Source: an uncultured Candidatus Rokubacteria bacterium
GTDB taxonomy: Bacteria > Methylomirabilota > Methylomirabilia > Rokubacteriales > CSP1-6
Length of the DNA stretch: 64,000 nucleotides
Direction of reading: 5' to 3'
NCBI GenBank assembly: GCA_963771355.1
Contig: CAVYTA010000001.1
Location: 193,376 to 257,375 of the forward strand
This document shows, in pieces, positions 1-9,205 of this stretch (position 1 is its first letter; each line of letters begins with the position of its first letter). The notes below the pieces were generated by a model that made no database searches, was not told the DNA's origin, and saw only the letters and a list, made by a program, of their open reading frames with translations. Both the position numbers and the translations under genes were made by a program.

Positions 1-952
1 GGCGGTAAAAGAGATCGCCGCGGAAGCTTCCCTCACGGATCATCCGGGCGAGATCGCGATTGGTGGCGGCCACGATGCGAACATTGGGCCGCTTGGGCTT
101 GACCGCTCCGATGGACCATACCTCGCCATCCTCGAGGAACCGGAGAAGCTTGACCTGGAGCCCGACCGGAAGATCCCCGATCTCGTTGAGGAGCAGCGTG
201 CCCATGTGCGCCAGCTCGACGAGGCCGGTCTTTCCCTTCGCGTCCGCTCCGGTGAAGGCGCCCTTGACGTAACCGAAGAGCTCGGCCTCGATCAGCCCCT
301 CGGGGATCGCGCCGCAGTTCACCTCGACGAAGGGACCGGCGCTCCTGGGTGACGACCGGTGAACCAGCCGGGCGAACACGCCCTTACCGGTGCCGGTCTC
401 GCCGAGCAACAGGACCGGTGAATCCACCGCCGCGTACTGGATCGCCTTGTCATGCTGCGTCCGCATCACCTCGCTCCGGAACACCGCCTCGGGCGTGGCC
501 AGCTCTCGGGTGTCGGAGCTGCCGGCGGGCCGGCGATACGATTCCGAAGGTCCGAAGGTTTCCTGCAACCGTTGCATGACGCGACTCATCCCGGTAGTGT
601 CGCGGAGGTTCAGGACGATGTGCCGGAGCTCGCCCATCTCGTCGCAGATCGGCGTGCCCGACACGAGAACTCGCCTGCCGTCGCCGAAGGTCTGCACCGC
701 GGTGACCGTGAGCTTTTGCTCCCGGACCTCGGCGATGACCGAGCTCTCGCGGCCGTTCCGGCTGAGCACGGTCGTGGCAGAGCGCCCGATCACGTCGGCC
801 CGGGTCACGTCGAGCATCTCGAGCGCGAGGCGATTGGCCTTGAGAATGACTCCGTCGGCGGTGAGAAGGCAAAGACCGTCCAGGGCTCCTTCGACTATAG
901 CGTCGAGCAGCCCCGTCTCCATTACGTTCCCGTTCACGATGAGTCGCTCCAT
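1..952 (-). CDS. PAS-domain sigma54-dependent transcriptional activator (bacterial enhancer-binding protein); 3' end runs off the window
   Basis: Not in the ORF track. Manual minus-strand translation from ATG 952 gives [40 protein letters not shown] (PAS-like), then [12 protein letters not shown] (Walker A), [26 protein letters not shown] (GAFTGA at 245-262), GTLLLNEIG and [12 protein letters not shown]...FRGDLFYR. Confidence 0.93.
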   Translation of the reverse strand, partial: MERLIVNGNVMETGLLDAIVEGALDGLCLLTADGVILKANRLALEMLDVTRADVIGRSATTVLSRNGRESSVIAEVREQKLTVTAVQTFGDGRRVLVSGTPICDEMGELRHIVLNLRDTTGMSRVMQRLQETFGPSESYRRPAGSSDTRELATPEAVFRSEVMRTQHDKAIQYAAVDSPVLLLGETGTGKGVFARLVHRSSPRSAGPFVEVNCGAIPEGLIEAELFGYVKGAFTGADAKGKTGLVELAHMGTLLLNEIGDLPVGLQVKLLRFLEDGEVWSIGAVKPKRPNVRIVAATNRDLARMIREGSFRGDLFYR

Positions 953-1229
953 TCTCTCGTCAGCCTTTTCGCCGCCCGAGGTCCCGACTTCCGTCGTTAA
1001 AGAGCACAGTTAATGCCAGCCGATTCGCCCAAGTTCATACGCGCTGTTTCGCGTATTTGCGCTCGCTTTTCGGAAGTCGAATGACATTTCTCGACAAAGC
1101 GGAACCTACAATTCGTGAAGCGGCCGCCGCCCATTGTAGTTGCATGCACTCTTGGAGAGTCAGCCAAGGCTTGACGCTTGGGGTCGAAATTGGATCAGGC
1201 ATTCATTTTTGCATTGAGACGGCCTTTCA

Positions 1230-1258
1230 CTTCTAATTCAGCCACCTGAGTATGTCAA
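1230..1258 (-). promoter_or_regulatory. Possible sigma70-type promoter for the divergent activator gene
   Basis: Perfect TTGACA on the minus strand (1258-1253), a 17-nt spacer, then TAGAAG (imperfect -10), within an AT-rich intergenic region. Confidence 0.35.
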
Positions 1259-1405
1259 GCGCCTTTATTTGGTGCCGTTAATATCTAGGAACGGATTGAA
1301 ATACTGGGTAACACAATTCCGTAAGTTTCTCCGACATTGGCTGGAAACCTCTGAGTTCTATCGAGGGAGCCGTTCATCGAAAGCGACTTTTCCCCCGCAT
1401 CGCGC

Positions 1406-1421
1406 TGGCATGGTACGTGCT
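1406..1421 (+). promoter_or_regulatory. sigma54 (-24/-12) promoter upstream of the flp/tad operon
   Basis: TGGCATGGTACGTGCT = GG(1407-1408)-N10-GC(1419-1420), close to the consensus TGGCACG-N4-TTGCW. It lies downstream of an AT-rich region and is divergent from a GAFTGA activator. Confidence 0.75.
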
Positions 1422-1460
1422 GCCTATCCAGCCGGACAGCGTAAACGAACGGTGCCCGGA

Positions 1461-1754
1461 GTGAAGATCAATTGCTTTTTTGAACATTTGCAGGGAGACC
1501 GGACTCTGGGGCACGCGATCGTGGTGGTGAACGGAGCCGCGCGGGATGAGACGTCCCCCTCTGTTCACGAGGTTCTCGGTCAGCTTGGATTGGGGTTCGA
1601 TGCGGCCCAGGCGCCGTCCGGACCGGTCGATGGAAACGCGGTGGTCTTTCGAGTTCCACACGAGCGGCTGGCAGAAGTGGTGGTGGGGCTCGAGAGCTCT
1701 GGATTCGCGGATGTCCGGGCGTACGAAGGTCGTGATGTCCACCCGATCCCCTGA
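1461..1754 (+). CDS. Small hypothetical protein (97 aa), first ORF after the sigma54 promoter
   Basis: GTG 1461 lies in the 1269..1754 frame: VKINCFFEHLQGDRTLGHAIVVVNG...VVFRVPHERLAEVVVGLESSGFADVRAY. It has a protein-like alternating beta/alpha pattern. Confidence 0.55.
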   Translation: MKINCFFEHLQGDRTLGHAIVVVNGAARDETSPSVHEVLGQLGLGFDAAQAPSGPVDGNAVVFRVPHERLAEVVVGLESSGFADVRAYEGRDVHPIP

Positions 1755-1913
1755 GGGGCGAGTGGCCTCACGGGGGCGGCAGTAAGGAGCGCAACCCCGT
1801 TGGCGCGGAGCCGAGCCGGTTGGGCACGGCATGCAGCTGGGGTTACGGCGGAAGGTGGGCTTCCGCTGACACGCAGTGCACGGGCGAGCAGTGAACGACA
1901 AAAGGAGAAGCAG

Positions 1914-2093
1914 ATGAAGCGACTTATCGGTTACGTCAAGGACGAGCGGGGCGTGGAGACGCTTGAGTGGATCGTCGTCGGCGCCCTCATCGTGGCCGTC
2001 GGCATCGCGGTGTATACGGGCGCCCTCCAGGGCCAGCTCGTCACCGCCGTCAACGCGATCGGCTCGCGGATCTCGGGTCTCGCCAGCTCGTAA
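1914..2093 (+). CDS. flp: Flp family type IVb/IVc pilin (probable major pilin)
   Basis: SD AAGGAG, then MKRLIGYVKDERG|VETLEWIVVGALIVAVGIAVY...GLASS. Class III signal peptide with G|xxxxE and a hydrophobic helix. Confidence 0.93.
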   Translation: MKRLIGYVKDERGVETLEWIVVGALIVAVGIAVYTGALQGQLVTAVNAIGSRISGLASS

Positions 2094-2101
2094 CGACGGA
2101 C

Positions 2102-2143
2102 CACGACGCGGGTGCCCCGGGACTTCGGGGCGCCCGCGTCGTG
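2102..2143 (+). terminator. Strong GC-rich stem-loop between flp1 and flp2 (mRNA stabiliser or partial terminator)
   Basis: CACGACGCGGGTGCCCCGG-GACT-TCGGGGCGCCCGCGTCGTG: a 19-bp stem with two G-U pairs and no U-tract. Confidence 0.7.
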
Positions 2144-2173
2144 AAATCTCAAACCAACGGGAGGAGGAAAAGC

Positions 2174-2357
2174 GTGTTCAAGACGGCTTGGTCGTACATC
2201 AGCAATGAGCGTGGGGTCGAGACGCTGGAGTGGATCGTCGTGGGGGCGCTCATCGTCGCGATCGGTATCGCGATCTATCCGGGTACGCTTCAAACCCAGC
2301 TGACCACCGCGATCAACGCGATCGGTGCAACAGGTTACCGGCTTGGCGAGCTCCTGA
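2174..2357 (+). CDS. flp: Second Flp pilin; one apparent +1 frameshift near 2329
   Basis: SD GGAGG, then VFKTAWSYISNERG|VETLEWIVVGALIVAIGIAIY... Removing one base near 2329 restores GAQVTGLASS-stop (TGA 2355-2357), matching the GSRISGLASS end of flp1. Confidence 0.88.
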
Positions 2358-2394
2358 ACCTTCTCTGCGGTGCCCTGCACCATTGGATGCCACC

Positions 2395-2793
2395 ATGAAA
2401 CTAGTGCGAAAGCTCGTCAATAGCCGCGGGACGTCGACCCTCGAGTTCGTGGTCGTACTCCCGGTGCTCCTTTTCGTTCTCTTCTCGATCGTGGAGCTGA
2501 GCCGGGCCTGGCTCACGCTCAATCTGGCCACCGCCGCCGCGCGCGAAGGCGTGCGCGCGGGCGTCGTCGCGCCGGCCGACTCGGTGAGCACGGCGGGCGA
2601 TGCCAAGATCAATTCGATCCTCGGCAACGGCACGTGGACGGGCGGTGTCACCTGTGCGGCGTCCCCCTGTGCGCCTGACCAAGTCGTGTCAGCCACGGTC
2701 ACGCTTCAGTTCCAGACCGTCGTCCCGCTGATCCTTCCCGCGATGTTCGGGAACATGAACATCACCCAGACCGCATCCATGCGGTACGAATAG
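2395..2793 (+). CDS. tadE: TadE-like minor pilin
   Basis: MKLVRKLVNSRG|TSTLEFVVVLPVLLFVLFSIVEL...AAAREGVR, a typical TadE motif. Confidence 0.9.
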   Translation: MKLVRKLVNSRGTSTLEFVVVLPVLLFVLFSIVELSRAWLTLNLATAAAREGVRAGVVAPADSVSTAGDAKINSILGNGTWTGGVTCAASPCAPDQVVSATVTLQFQTVVPLILPAMFGNMNITQTASMRYE

Positions 2794-2805
2794 GATCGTG
2801 CAGCC

Positions 2806-3726
2806 ATGAATCGTCGACTCGTGATGGTACTGGTATTCGCCGCGATCGTGGGGCTCATCGCCAGCTTCTTCGTCTACCAGGTGGTGCGCCAGCTGGCGAT
2901 GGCGGGCGGCCCCGAAGCGACCGAGCCGGTAGTGGTGGCGGCCGTCAACATGAGCATGGCCGAATCGGTGACGAGTCAGCACGTCAAGGTCGCGCAATGG
3001 CCCAAGGGCGCGATTCCCGCGGGAGCGATCCGCACCCTGGCCAACGCGGAAGGGCGCGTGGTGCGTAGCGCCATCGTGGCGGGCGAGCCACTCCTCGAGT
3101 CGAGGCTGGCGCCCGAGCTGGCGGGGCGCGGCGGCGTCATGGCGATGCTGGTTCCCGAAGGGCAGCGCGGTGTCTCGATCAGTGTGGACCAGGCGATTCG
3201 CGAGAGCGGGTTCATCCTCCCCAATAGCCGCGTCGACGTGCTGGTGAGCATGGCCAAGCCTGGGTCCCAGAACGAGAAGATCGCCAAGGTGATCCTCCAG
3301 GACGTCCTGATCCTGGCCGCCGGCCAGACGGTGGAGATGCGCGACAACAAGCCGATCACCGTGACGACCGTCACCCTCGCGCTGACCCCCGAGCAGACCG
3401 AGCGGCTCGCGGTGGCGCAGAGCGAGGGGCGGATCACGCTGACGACCCGCAACCTGAGGGACAACCAGCTCGTCAGGACGCCGGGAGCCACCCAGGCGAC
3501 CCTGCTGAGCGACATGGCGCGCCCCGCGGTGGCAACGGGTCCGACCGCGACGGCGCCGGTGGCGCGGCGAACGACCGCGGCCGCGGCGCCGCTCCCGGCC
3601 CCCGCCGTCGAGGGCCATACGGTGTCGGTGCTGCGCGGGTCGCGGCTCAGCGAGCAGCAGTTCATCAAGCTGGGCGACCGGGGCTGGATGGAGCGGCAGC
3701 AAGCGCAGCAGGCGGAGCGGCGGTGA
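2806..3726 (+). CDS. cpaB: Flp pilus assembly protein CpaB/RcpC
   Basis: N-terminal TM helix, SAF domain (VVVAAVNM...GEPLLESRL), RcpC domain (GFILPNSRVDVLV...ILQDVLILAAGQ...VTLALTPEQ...RNLRD). Confidence 0.93.
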   Translation: MNRRLVMVLVFAAIVGLIASFFVYQVVRQLAMAGGPEATEPVVVAAVNMSMAESVTSQHVKVAQWPKGAIPAGAIRTLANAEGRVVRSAIVAGEPLLESRLAPELAGRGGVMAMLVPEGQRGVSISVDQAIRESGFILPNSRVDVLVSMAKPGSQNEKIAKVILQDVLILAAGQTVEMRDNKPITVTTVTLALTPEQTERLAVAQSEGRITLTTRNLRDNQLVRTPGATQATLLSDMARPAVATGPTATAPVARRTTAAAAPLPAPAVEGHTVSVLRGSRLSEQQFIKLGDRGWMERQQAQQAERR

Positions 3727-4181
3727 GCCCCGTGCTCGGCGCACTCCTGCTCGGCCTCGCGATGCTGCTCGGCGCGGCGGTGGGATCGGCCGGCGCCCAG
3801 GAGCCGTTCGCGCTCTTCGTCGCCTCGGACCAGGCCAATGTCCTCACCGTGGGTCCCGATCCACTGACGAAGGTGGTGGTCGCGAATCCCAATGTGGCGG
3901 ACGTCCAGGTGCTCAACCCGACCCAGCTCCTCCTCACGGGGAAGGCCGTGGGCCGGACCTCGCTGCTCCTGATCTTCGCCGGCAACAAGCAGCGCCAGTA
4001 CGATCTCGTCGTCCACCCTGGTGCCGCACTGCCCTCGACGTCGGCTCCGGTGAGCCCGGAGCCGCATTCGGTCCTCGTGCATCGGGGCGAACAGGTGAGC
4101 CAGCGCTTCTTCCTGCGCGACAAGTCAGAACTCTGGATCGAGCTGGGCACGGTGAAGGACGCCGAGCCCGTGAAGAAGTGA
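3723..4181 (+). CDS. Stand-alone pilus-formation/secretin N-terminal domain protein
   Basis: Signal peptide, then KVVVANPNVADVQVLNPTQLLLTGKAVGRTSLLL, paralogous to the N-domain of the adjacent secretin. GTGA overlap with cpaB. Confidence 0.8.
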   Translation: MSPVLGALLLGLAMLLGAAVGSAGAQEPFALFVASDQANVLTVGPDPLTKVVVANPNVADVQVLNPTQLLLTGKAVGRTSLLLIFAGNKQRQYDLVVHPGAALPSTSAPVSPEPHSVLVHRGEQVSQRFFLRDKSELWIELGTVKDAEPVKK

Positions 4182-5640
4182 ACCAGACGATGGGACGGAA
4201 AGGCGATCGAATGCGCTATGCGGCCGGGCAGGGGTGGGCACGAGTCATGGTGGGGCTCCTGCTGGGAGTGCTGGGCCTCGCGATGGGCGCGCTGCCCGCG
4301 CACGCCAACGAGCAGGGGGTCATCCGGCTCGAGGTCACCATCGGGAAGTCGCAGGTCGTAGAGCTGAAGGAGCCGTTCACGCGGGTCTCGGTGACCAACC
4401 CGGCCATCGCAGACGTGTTCGTCGTCACTCCCAACCAGATCCTGGTGAGCGGCAAGGCGGTAGGGACGACGTCCCTCATCGTGTTCTACCCGCGCCAGAC
4501 GGTCTTCTTCGATCTCCTGGTGCAGACGGACCTCGCGCTGCTGCGCGAGCGGCTCAAGCACGTCGCGCCCAAGGACGAGATCGAGGTTCAAGCCGCGCAG
4601 GAGTCGCTCATCCTCACGGGGACCAGCACGAGCGAGCAGGTGATGGCGGGGGCGATCGAGGTGGCGTCGGTATTCGCGCCCAAGGGCAAGGTGATCAGCC
4701 TGCTGAGCGTCACTGACGTCAAGCCCCAGCAGGTGCTCGCTGCAAGTCCATGTGGCGGAGGCCACGCGCGAGGCGCTGAGAGAGCTCGGCTTCAGCATTC
4801 GTGCCTTCGGCGACACCCTCCAGGCGGCCGCAATGCCGGGCAACGCCTTTTTCCCGGGCCTGGGCACCCTGGGCGCGGTCGCCGCGCGGGGATTGGCCGA
4901 CTATGCGGTCGGCCAGAACACGCCGGAATTCGCGTTCCCCGGGAGCAACTTCTTCCTGTCCTCGGGGGCGCGGGATTACGCCGGGCTGGTTCGCGCCCTC
5001 GCCGAGCGGAACCTCTTCCGCACGCTCGCGAAGCCGAACCTCATCACCCAGAGCGGCAAGCAGGCGAAATTCATTTCCGGGGGTGAGTTCCCGTACCCGG
5101 TCGCTCAGGAGGGACAACAGGGTCACGATCGAATTCAAGGAGTTTGGCATCGGGCTGCTCTTCACGCCGGTGGTCGTCGACGGCGACACGATCAACCTCA
5201 AGCTCAGTCCCGAGGTCTCGAGCCTCGACTTCAGCCAGGGCCTCGTCTCCGCCGGCTTCAGCATCCCCGTGATCCGGAAGAACCAGGCCGCTACCAATGT
5301 CAGCCTGAAAGACGGCGAGACCTTCGCGATTGCCGGCCTGATCAACAACGAGGTGCGCCAGGCGGTGGCGAAGATTCCGCTCCTGGGGGACATTCCGATC
5401 CTGGGCGCGCTCTTCCGCAGCGCGCGCTTCCAGAACAATGAGACCGAGCTCCTGTTCCTCGTCACCGTGAAGGTCGTGAAGCCCGAGCCGGTGGGCTCGC
5501 CTGGCGTTCCCGAGGCCGCCAAGATGCTCGAGCTTCGCCCGAAGGAGAAGTCCGAATTCACCCTTCTCCCGGGGATCCCGGGCGTCGGCGAGGTCATGGA
5601 CCGCCCATTCGGCCAGAGCGGCCTTCCGACCCCAAAGTGA
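4178..5640 (+). CDS. cpaC: Tad secretin RcpA/CpaC; two apparent +1 frameshifts (~4739, ~5111)
   Basis: Three consecutive frames join into the N-domain (RVSVTNPAIADV...GKAVGTTSL), QQVLLQVHVAE, LAKPNLITQSGKQAKFISGGEFPYPV, TIEFKEFGIGLLFTP and KIPLLGDIPILGALFRS...ETELLFLVT. Confidence 0.92.
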
Positions 5641-5653
5641 CCCAGGCCTGACC

Positions 5654-6886
5654 ATGCCCAACGTGCTCCGTATCGTCGTCGTCGACTCCGATCCCGAGTC
5701 CCGATCCTCCCTGCGCAAGATCCTGGGCGGGACGCCGGGAGCAGTCGTGGTGGGGGAATTCGGTGAAGTCCGGCAAGCGATGCTCGAGACCCCGGATCGC
5801 CGCCCGGATCTTCTGCTCATCGAGGTGCCGTCGCCGGCCGCGGGCCGGGACGGCGACGCCTCCGGCGAGACCATCCGGAAGTTCGCGGAGGCGCTGCCCG
5901 AAGCGGCCATCCTGGCCATGGGAACGGACGTCTCGGCCGAGACCGTGATCAAGGTCATCCGCGCGGGAGCCTTCGAGTTCCTTCCCCGGCCGGTGGAGCG
6001 CGGCGACCTGACGGCGGCGCTCGAGAAGATCACGCGCGTGCGGCGGGGACCGGCGCCGAACGCCCGGAAGACCGGCCGCGTGGTCTCGGCGTTCTCGACC
6101 AAGGGTGGTCTCGGCGTGACCACGGTGGCGATCAACCTCGCGGTCTGCCTGGCCGAGAAGGCGCCGGACAACACGCTCCTGATCGAGCTCGACACGCGGC
6201 AGTCCGACATCGCGACCTTCCTCGACTTGCGCCCGACCTACTCGGTGCTCGACGCCTTCGAGAACATCGACCGCCTCGATGAGTCGTTCCTCCGCGGGCT
6301 CCTCACGCGGCACTCGAGCGGGCTCTGGGTGCTGCCCGGCCCGCTCCGGATGGAGCGGACCCAGCTCAACGGGGAGCAGGTCAGGGCCGGGCTCGAGATC
6401 ATCCGCTCGCACTTCGACAACGTGGTGCTCGACCTCCGGCACGACACCTCCCCGGGGACCTTCGCGGGGCTCGAGGCCTCCGACGCGATCATGTTCCTCA
6501 CCAGCCTCGAGGTCTCGGCGCTGCGGTCCGGTGCGGCCGGGCTCGCCGGGTTCCGTCTGCTCGGGCTCGATCCCCACAAGATCAAGGTGGTGGTGATGCG
6601 GGAGGACACGGGCGAGGACGTGACCCTGAAGCACGCCCGCGAGGCCCTCGGCGTACCCGTGTACTGGCGGACACCCAGCGACTATCAGGCGGTGGTATCG
6701 GCGATCAACTCGGGCAAGCCCGTGGTGACTGCCTCCCCGCGCTCGAAGTTCGCTCGCAACCTCAGACAGCTCGCGGACATGCTCACCGCTGCCGGGCCCG
6801 GGCCCAAGGGGGGCGCGCCCGCCTCGAAACGTTCGACCTCATTGCTGGGGATGGTCTGGAATCCCAAGAGCCTCCCAGGAGCGTAA
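5654..6886 (+). CDS. cpaE: CpaE/TadZ: receiver-like domain plus MinD/ParA-like ATPase
   Basis: N-terminal receiver fold (IVVVDSD...RAGAFEFLPRP), deviant P-loop STKGGLGVTT, located between the secretin and tadA. Confidence 0.9.
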   Translation: MPNVLRIVVVDSDPESRSSLRKILGGTPGAVVVGEFGEVRQAMLETPDRRPDLLLIEVPSPAAGRDGDASGETIRKFAEALPEAAILAMGTDVSAETVIKVIRAGAFEFLPRPVERGDLTAALEKITRVRRGPAPNARKTGRVVSAFSTKGGLGVTTVAINLAVCLAEKAPDNTLLIELDTRQSDIATFLDLRPTYSVLDAFENIDRLDESFLRGLLTRHSSGLWVLPGPLRMERTQLNGEQVRAGLEIIRSHFDNVVLDLRHDTSPGTFAGLEASDAIMFLTSLEVSALRSGAAGLAGFRLLGLDPHKIKVVVMREDTGEDVTLKHAREALGVPVYWRTPSDYQAVVSAINSGKPVVTASPRSKFARNLRQLADMLTAAGPGPKGGAPASKRSTSLLGMVWNPKSLPGA

Positions 6887-6889
6887 TAC

Positions 6890-8260
6890 ATGGCACTTTT
6901 CCAGCGACGGCGCGGCCCCGAGCCCGCCCCGGTTATGACGACGACGAACGGCGCCGCCCGCGAGCCCCAGCGCGCCGGTGAGTCGGCGTACTTCGACCTC
7001 AAGACCCGGATCCACCGCCAGCTCATCGAGCGCCTCGACCTGACGAAGCTCGCCCTGCTGCCCCACGAAGCCGTTCAGCAGCAGATCCAGCGCATCGTGG
7101 AAGACATGCTGGCGACCGACGACACGCCGCTGAGCCGGCAGGAGCGCGAGCAGCTCGTGGTCGAGGTCCAGCACGAGACCTTCGGCCTCGGCCCCATCGA
7201 GCCGCTCATGCAGGACCCGACGGTGTCCGACATCCTCGTCAACGGGCCCCGCTCCGTCTACGTCGAGCGACGCGGGAAGCTCGAGCGCACCCGCGTCGTC
7301 TTCCGCGATGACACGCACCTCCTCCAGGTCATCGAGCGCATCGTGTCGGCGGTGGGCCGGCGCGTGGACGAGTCGTCCCCCATGGTGGATGCGCGGCTGC
7401 CCGACGGCTCGCGTATCAACGCGATCATCCCGCCGCTGGCCCTGGACGGCCCCGTGCTCTCGATCCGCCGTTTCGCGGTGGACCCGCTCAAGACGGAGGA
7501 CCTGCTCGAGCTGGGCACCTGGACGCCCGCGCTGTCCGAGATCATCCGGGCCGCGGTCAAGTCCCGCCTGAACATCCTGATCTCGGGAGGAACGGGCTCG
7601 GGGAAGACGACCCTCCTCAACGTCATTTCCGAGGCCATCCCGAACCACGAGCGCATCGTCACCGTGGAGGACTCGGCCGAGCTCCAGCTCCAGCAGGAGC
7701 ACAAGGTCCGTCTCGAGACGCGCCCGGCCAACGTGGAAGGGGCCGGGAACGTGACCCAGCGGGACCTCGTGCGCAACGCGCTCCGGATGCGGCCCGACCG
7801 GATCATCCTCGGCGAGGTGCGCGGGGCCGAGGTGCTGGACATGCTGCAGGCCATGAACACCGGCCATGACGGCTCGCTGTCCACCGTGCACGCGAACTCG
7901 ACCCGTGATGCCCTGGCCCGGCTGGAGACCATGATCCTACTCTCGGGGATCTCGCTCCCGGTGCGGGCGATGCGCGACTATATCGCATCGGCGCTCGACG
8001 TCGTGATCCACCTCTCCCGGCTGAGCGACGGAACCCGGAAGATTCTCCGGCTCACCGAGGTCGTCGGCATGGAAGAGGACGTGGTGACCACCCAGGACAT
8101 CTTCGTCTTCGAGCAGGAGGGCATCGACAAGGACGGCAAGGTCATCGGTTACCACCGCGCCACCGGGGTCCGGCCGAAGTTCGCCGACCGTCTCCGCCGG
8201 GCCGGCATCGAGCTGCGCCCGGACATGTTCGACCCCACCAAGCGCCAGGCGACGCGCTGA
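6890..8260 (+). CDS. tadA: Tad pilus assembly ATPase TadA/CpaF
   Basis: [63 protein letters not shown]. Confidence 0.97.
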   Translation: MALFQRRRGPEPAPVMTTTNGAAREPQRAGESAYFDLKTRIHRQLIERLDLTKLALLPHEAVQQQIQRIVEDMLATDDTPLSRQEREQLVVEVQHETFGLGPIEPLMQDPTVSDILVNGPRSVYVERRGKLERTRVVFRDDTHLLQVIERIVSAVGRRVDESSPMVDARLPDGSRINAIIPPLALDGPVLSIRRFAVDPLKTEDLLELGTWTPALSEIIRAAVKSRLNILISGGTGSGKTTLLNVISEAIPNHERIVTVEDSAELQLQQEHKVRLETRPANVEGAGNVTQRDLVRNALRMRPDRIILGEVRGAEVLDMLQAMNTGHDGSLSTVHANSTRDALARLETMILLSGISLPVRAMRDYIASALDVVIHLSRLSDGTRKILRLTEVVGMEEDVVTTQDIFVFEQEGIDKDGKVIGYHRATGVRPKFADRLRRAGIELRPDMFDPTKRQATR

Positions 8261-9198
8261 TGCCGCTGGTCGTTGCTGCGCTGACCTTTCTGCTCGTGGT
8301 GGCCCTCATCGCCGGCATCACCTGGTCCTTCGAGGGCACCCGTCGTCTCCGCCAGCGTCTCGTGGCGGGGTCGTCCGCGGGACTAGGCGTCGAGGGCGAT
8401 CTCCTCCGGGTCGAAGCGGGACGTGGGGCCGATGGGGAACCGCGCCGGGCCGCCCTCCGCGATCGTCTGGCGCGCCTTGCCGACCAGGCGGGCTATCCCG
8501 CACTGGCCGATACCATCTTCCTCTATATCGGCGGCTGTGCCTTCCTCGGCTTCTTGCTGGGATTGATGCGGACGGGCGAGCTCATCTGGGGGATCGGGGC
8601 GGCCGCCGTCGTGGGCTCCGCTCCTCTCGTGTTCCTCGCCTGGAAGCGGCAGAAGCGCATGCAGCAGTTCGAGACACAGTTCCCCGACGGGCTCGACGCC
8701 ATGGCGCGCGCCATCCGAGCCGGAAACGCCCTCAGCACCGCTATCCAGCTCGTCGCTGAAGAGATGGCCGATCCCATCGGGGGCGAGTTCCGCCGGGTAT
8801 TCGAGGAAACGAAGCTCGGCATGGATCCCGGCGAGGCGCTTTCACGGCTGTCCGAGCGTACGCCGACGGACGACGTCCGTTTCTTCTGCACCGCCGTCGC
8901 CATCCAGCGCGGCTCGGGCGGGAACCTCGCGGAGATTCTGGACCGGCTGAGCGAAGTGATACGCGAGCGTTTCAGGATCCTGAGCCATGCTCGTGCCCTG
9001 TCGGCCCAGCATCGCTGGTCCGCCATCTGTGTGGGGGTCAGCCCGGCGGCCTTCGCGCTCATTCTCGAGCTGCTGAACCCCGGGTACTTCACACCCATGA
9101 TGGAGTCCCCCCTGGCGCCGCTGCTCCTCGGCGCGGGCTTCGTCATGGAGGCCATCGGCTTCCTCATGGTATGGCGCATCGCCAAGATCAAGGTATGA
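8260..9198 (+). CDS. tadB: Tad inner-membrane platform protein TadB
   Basis: QFPDGLDAMARAIRAG...GGNLAEILDRLSEVIRER (T2SSF domain). Confidence 0.93.
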   Translation: MPLVVAALTFLLVVALIAGITWSFEGTRRLRQRLVAGSSAGLGVEGDLLRVEAGRGADGEPRRAALRDRLARLADQAGYPALADTIFLYIGGCAFLGFLLGLMRTGELIWGIGAAAVVGSAPLVFLAWKRQKRMQQFETQFPDGLDAMARAIRAGNALSTAIQLVAEEMADPIGGEFRRVFEETKLGMDPGEALSRLSERTPTDDVRFFCTAVAIQRGSGGNLAEILDRLSEVIRERFRILSHARALSAQHRWSAICVGVSPAAFALILELLNPGYFTPMMESPLAPLLLGAGFVMEAIGFLMVWRIAKIKV

Positions 9199-9205
9199 GA
9201 CGAGC

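Noticed and set aside
1821..1835. TGGGCACGGCATGCA as a sigma54 promoter directly before flp1
   Set aside because: The GG-to-GC spacing is not the required 10 nt.
1914..2357. Electrically conductive (e-pilin) pili
   Set aside because: The mature pilins have only two aromatic residues (W, Y) in about 46 aa and are Flp-type, not the aromatic-rich type IVa pattern.
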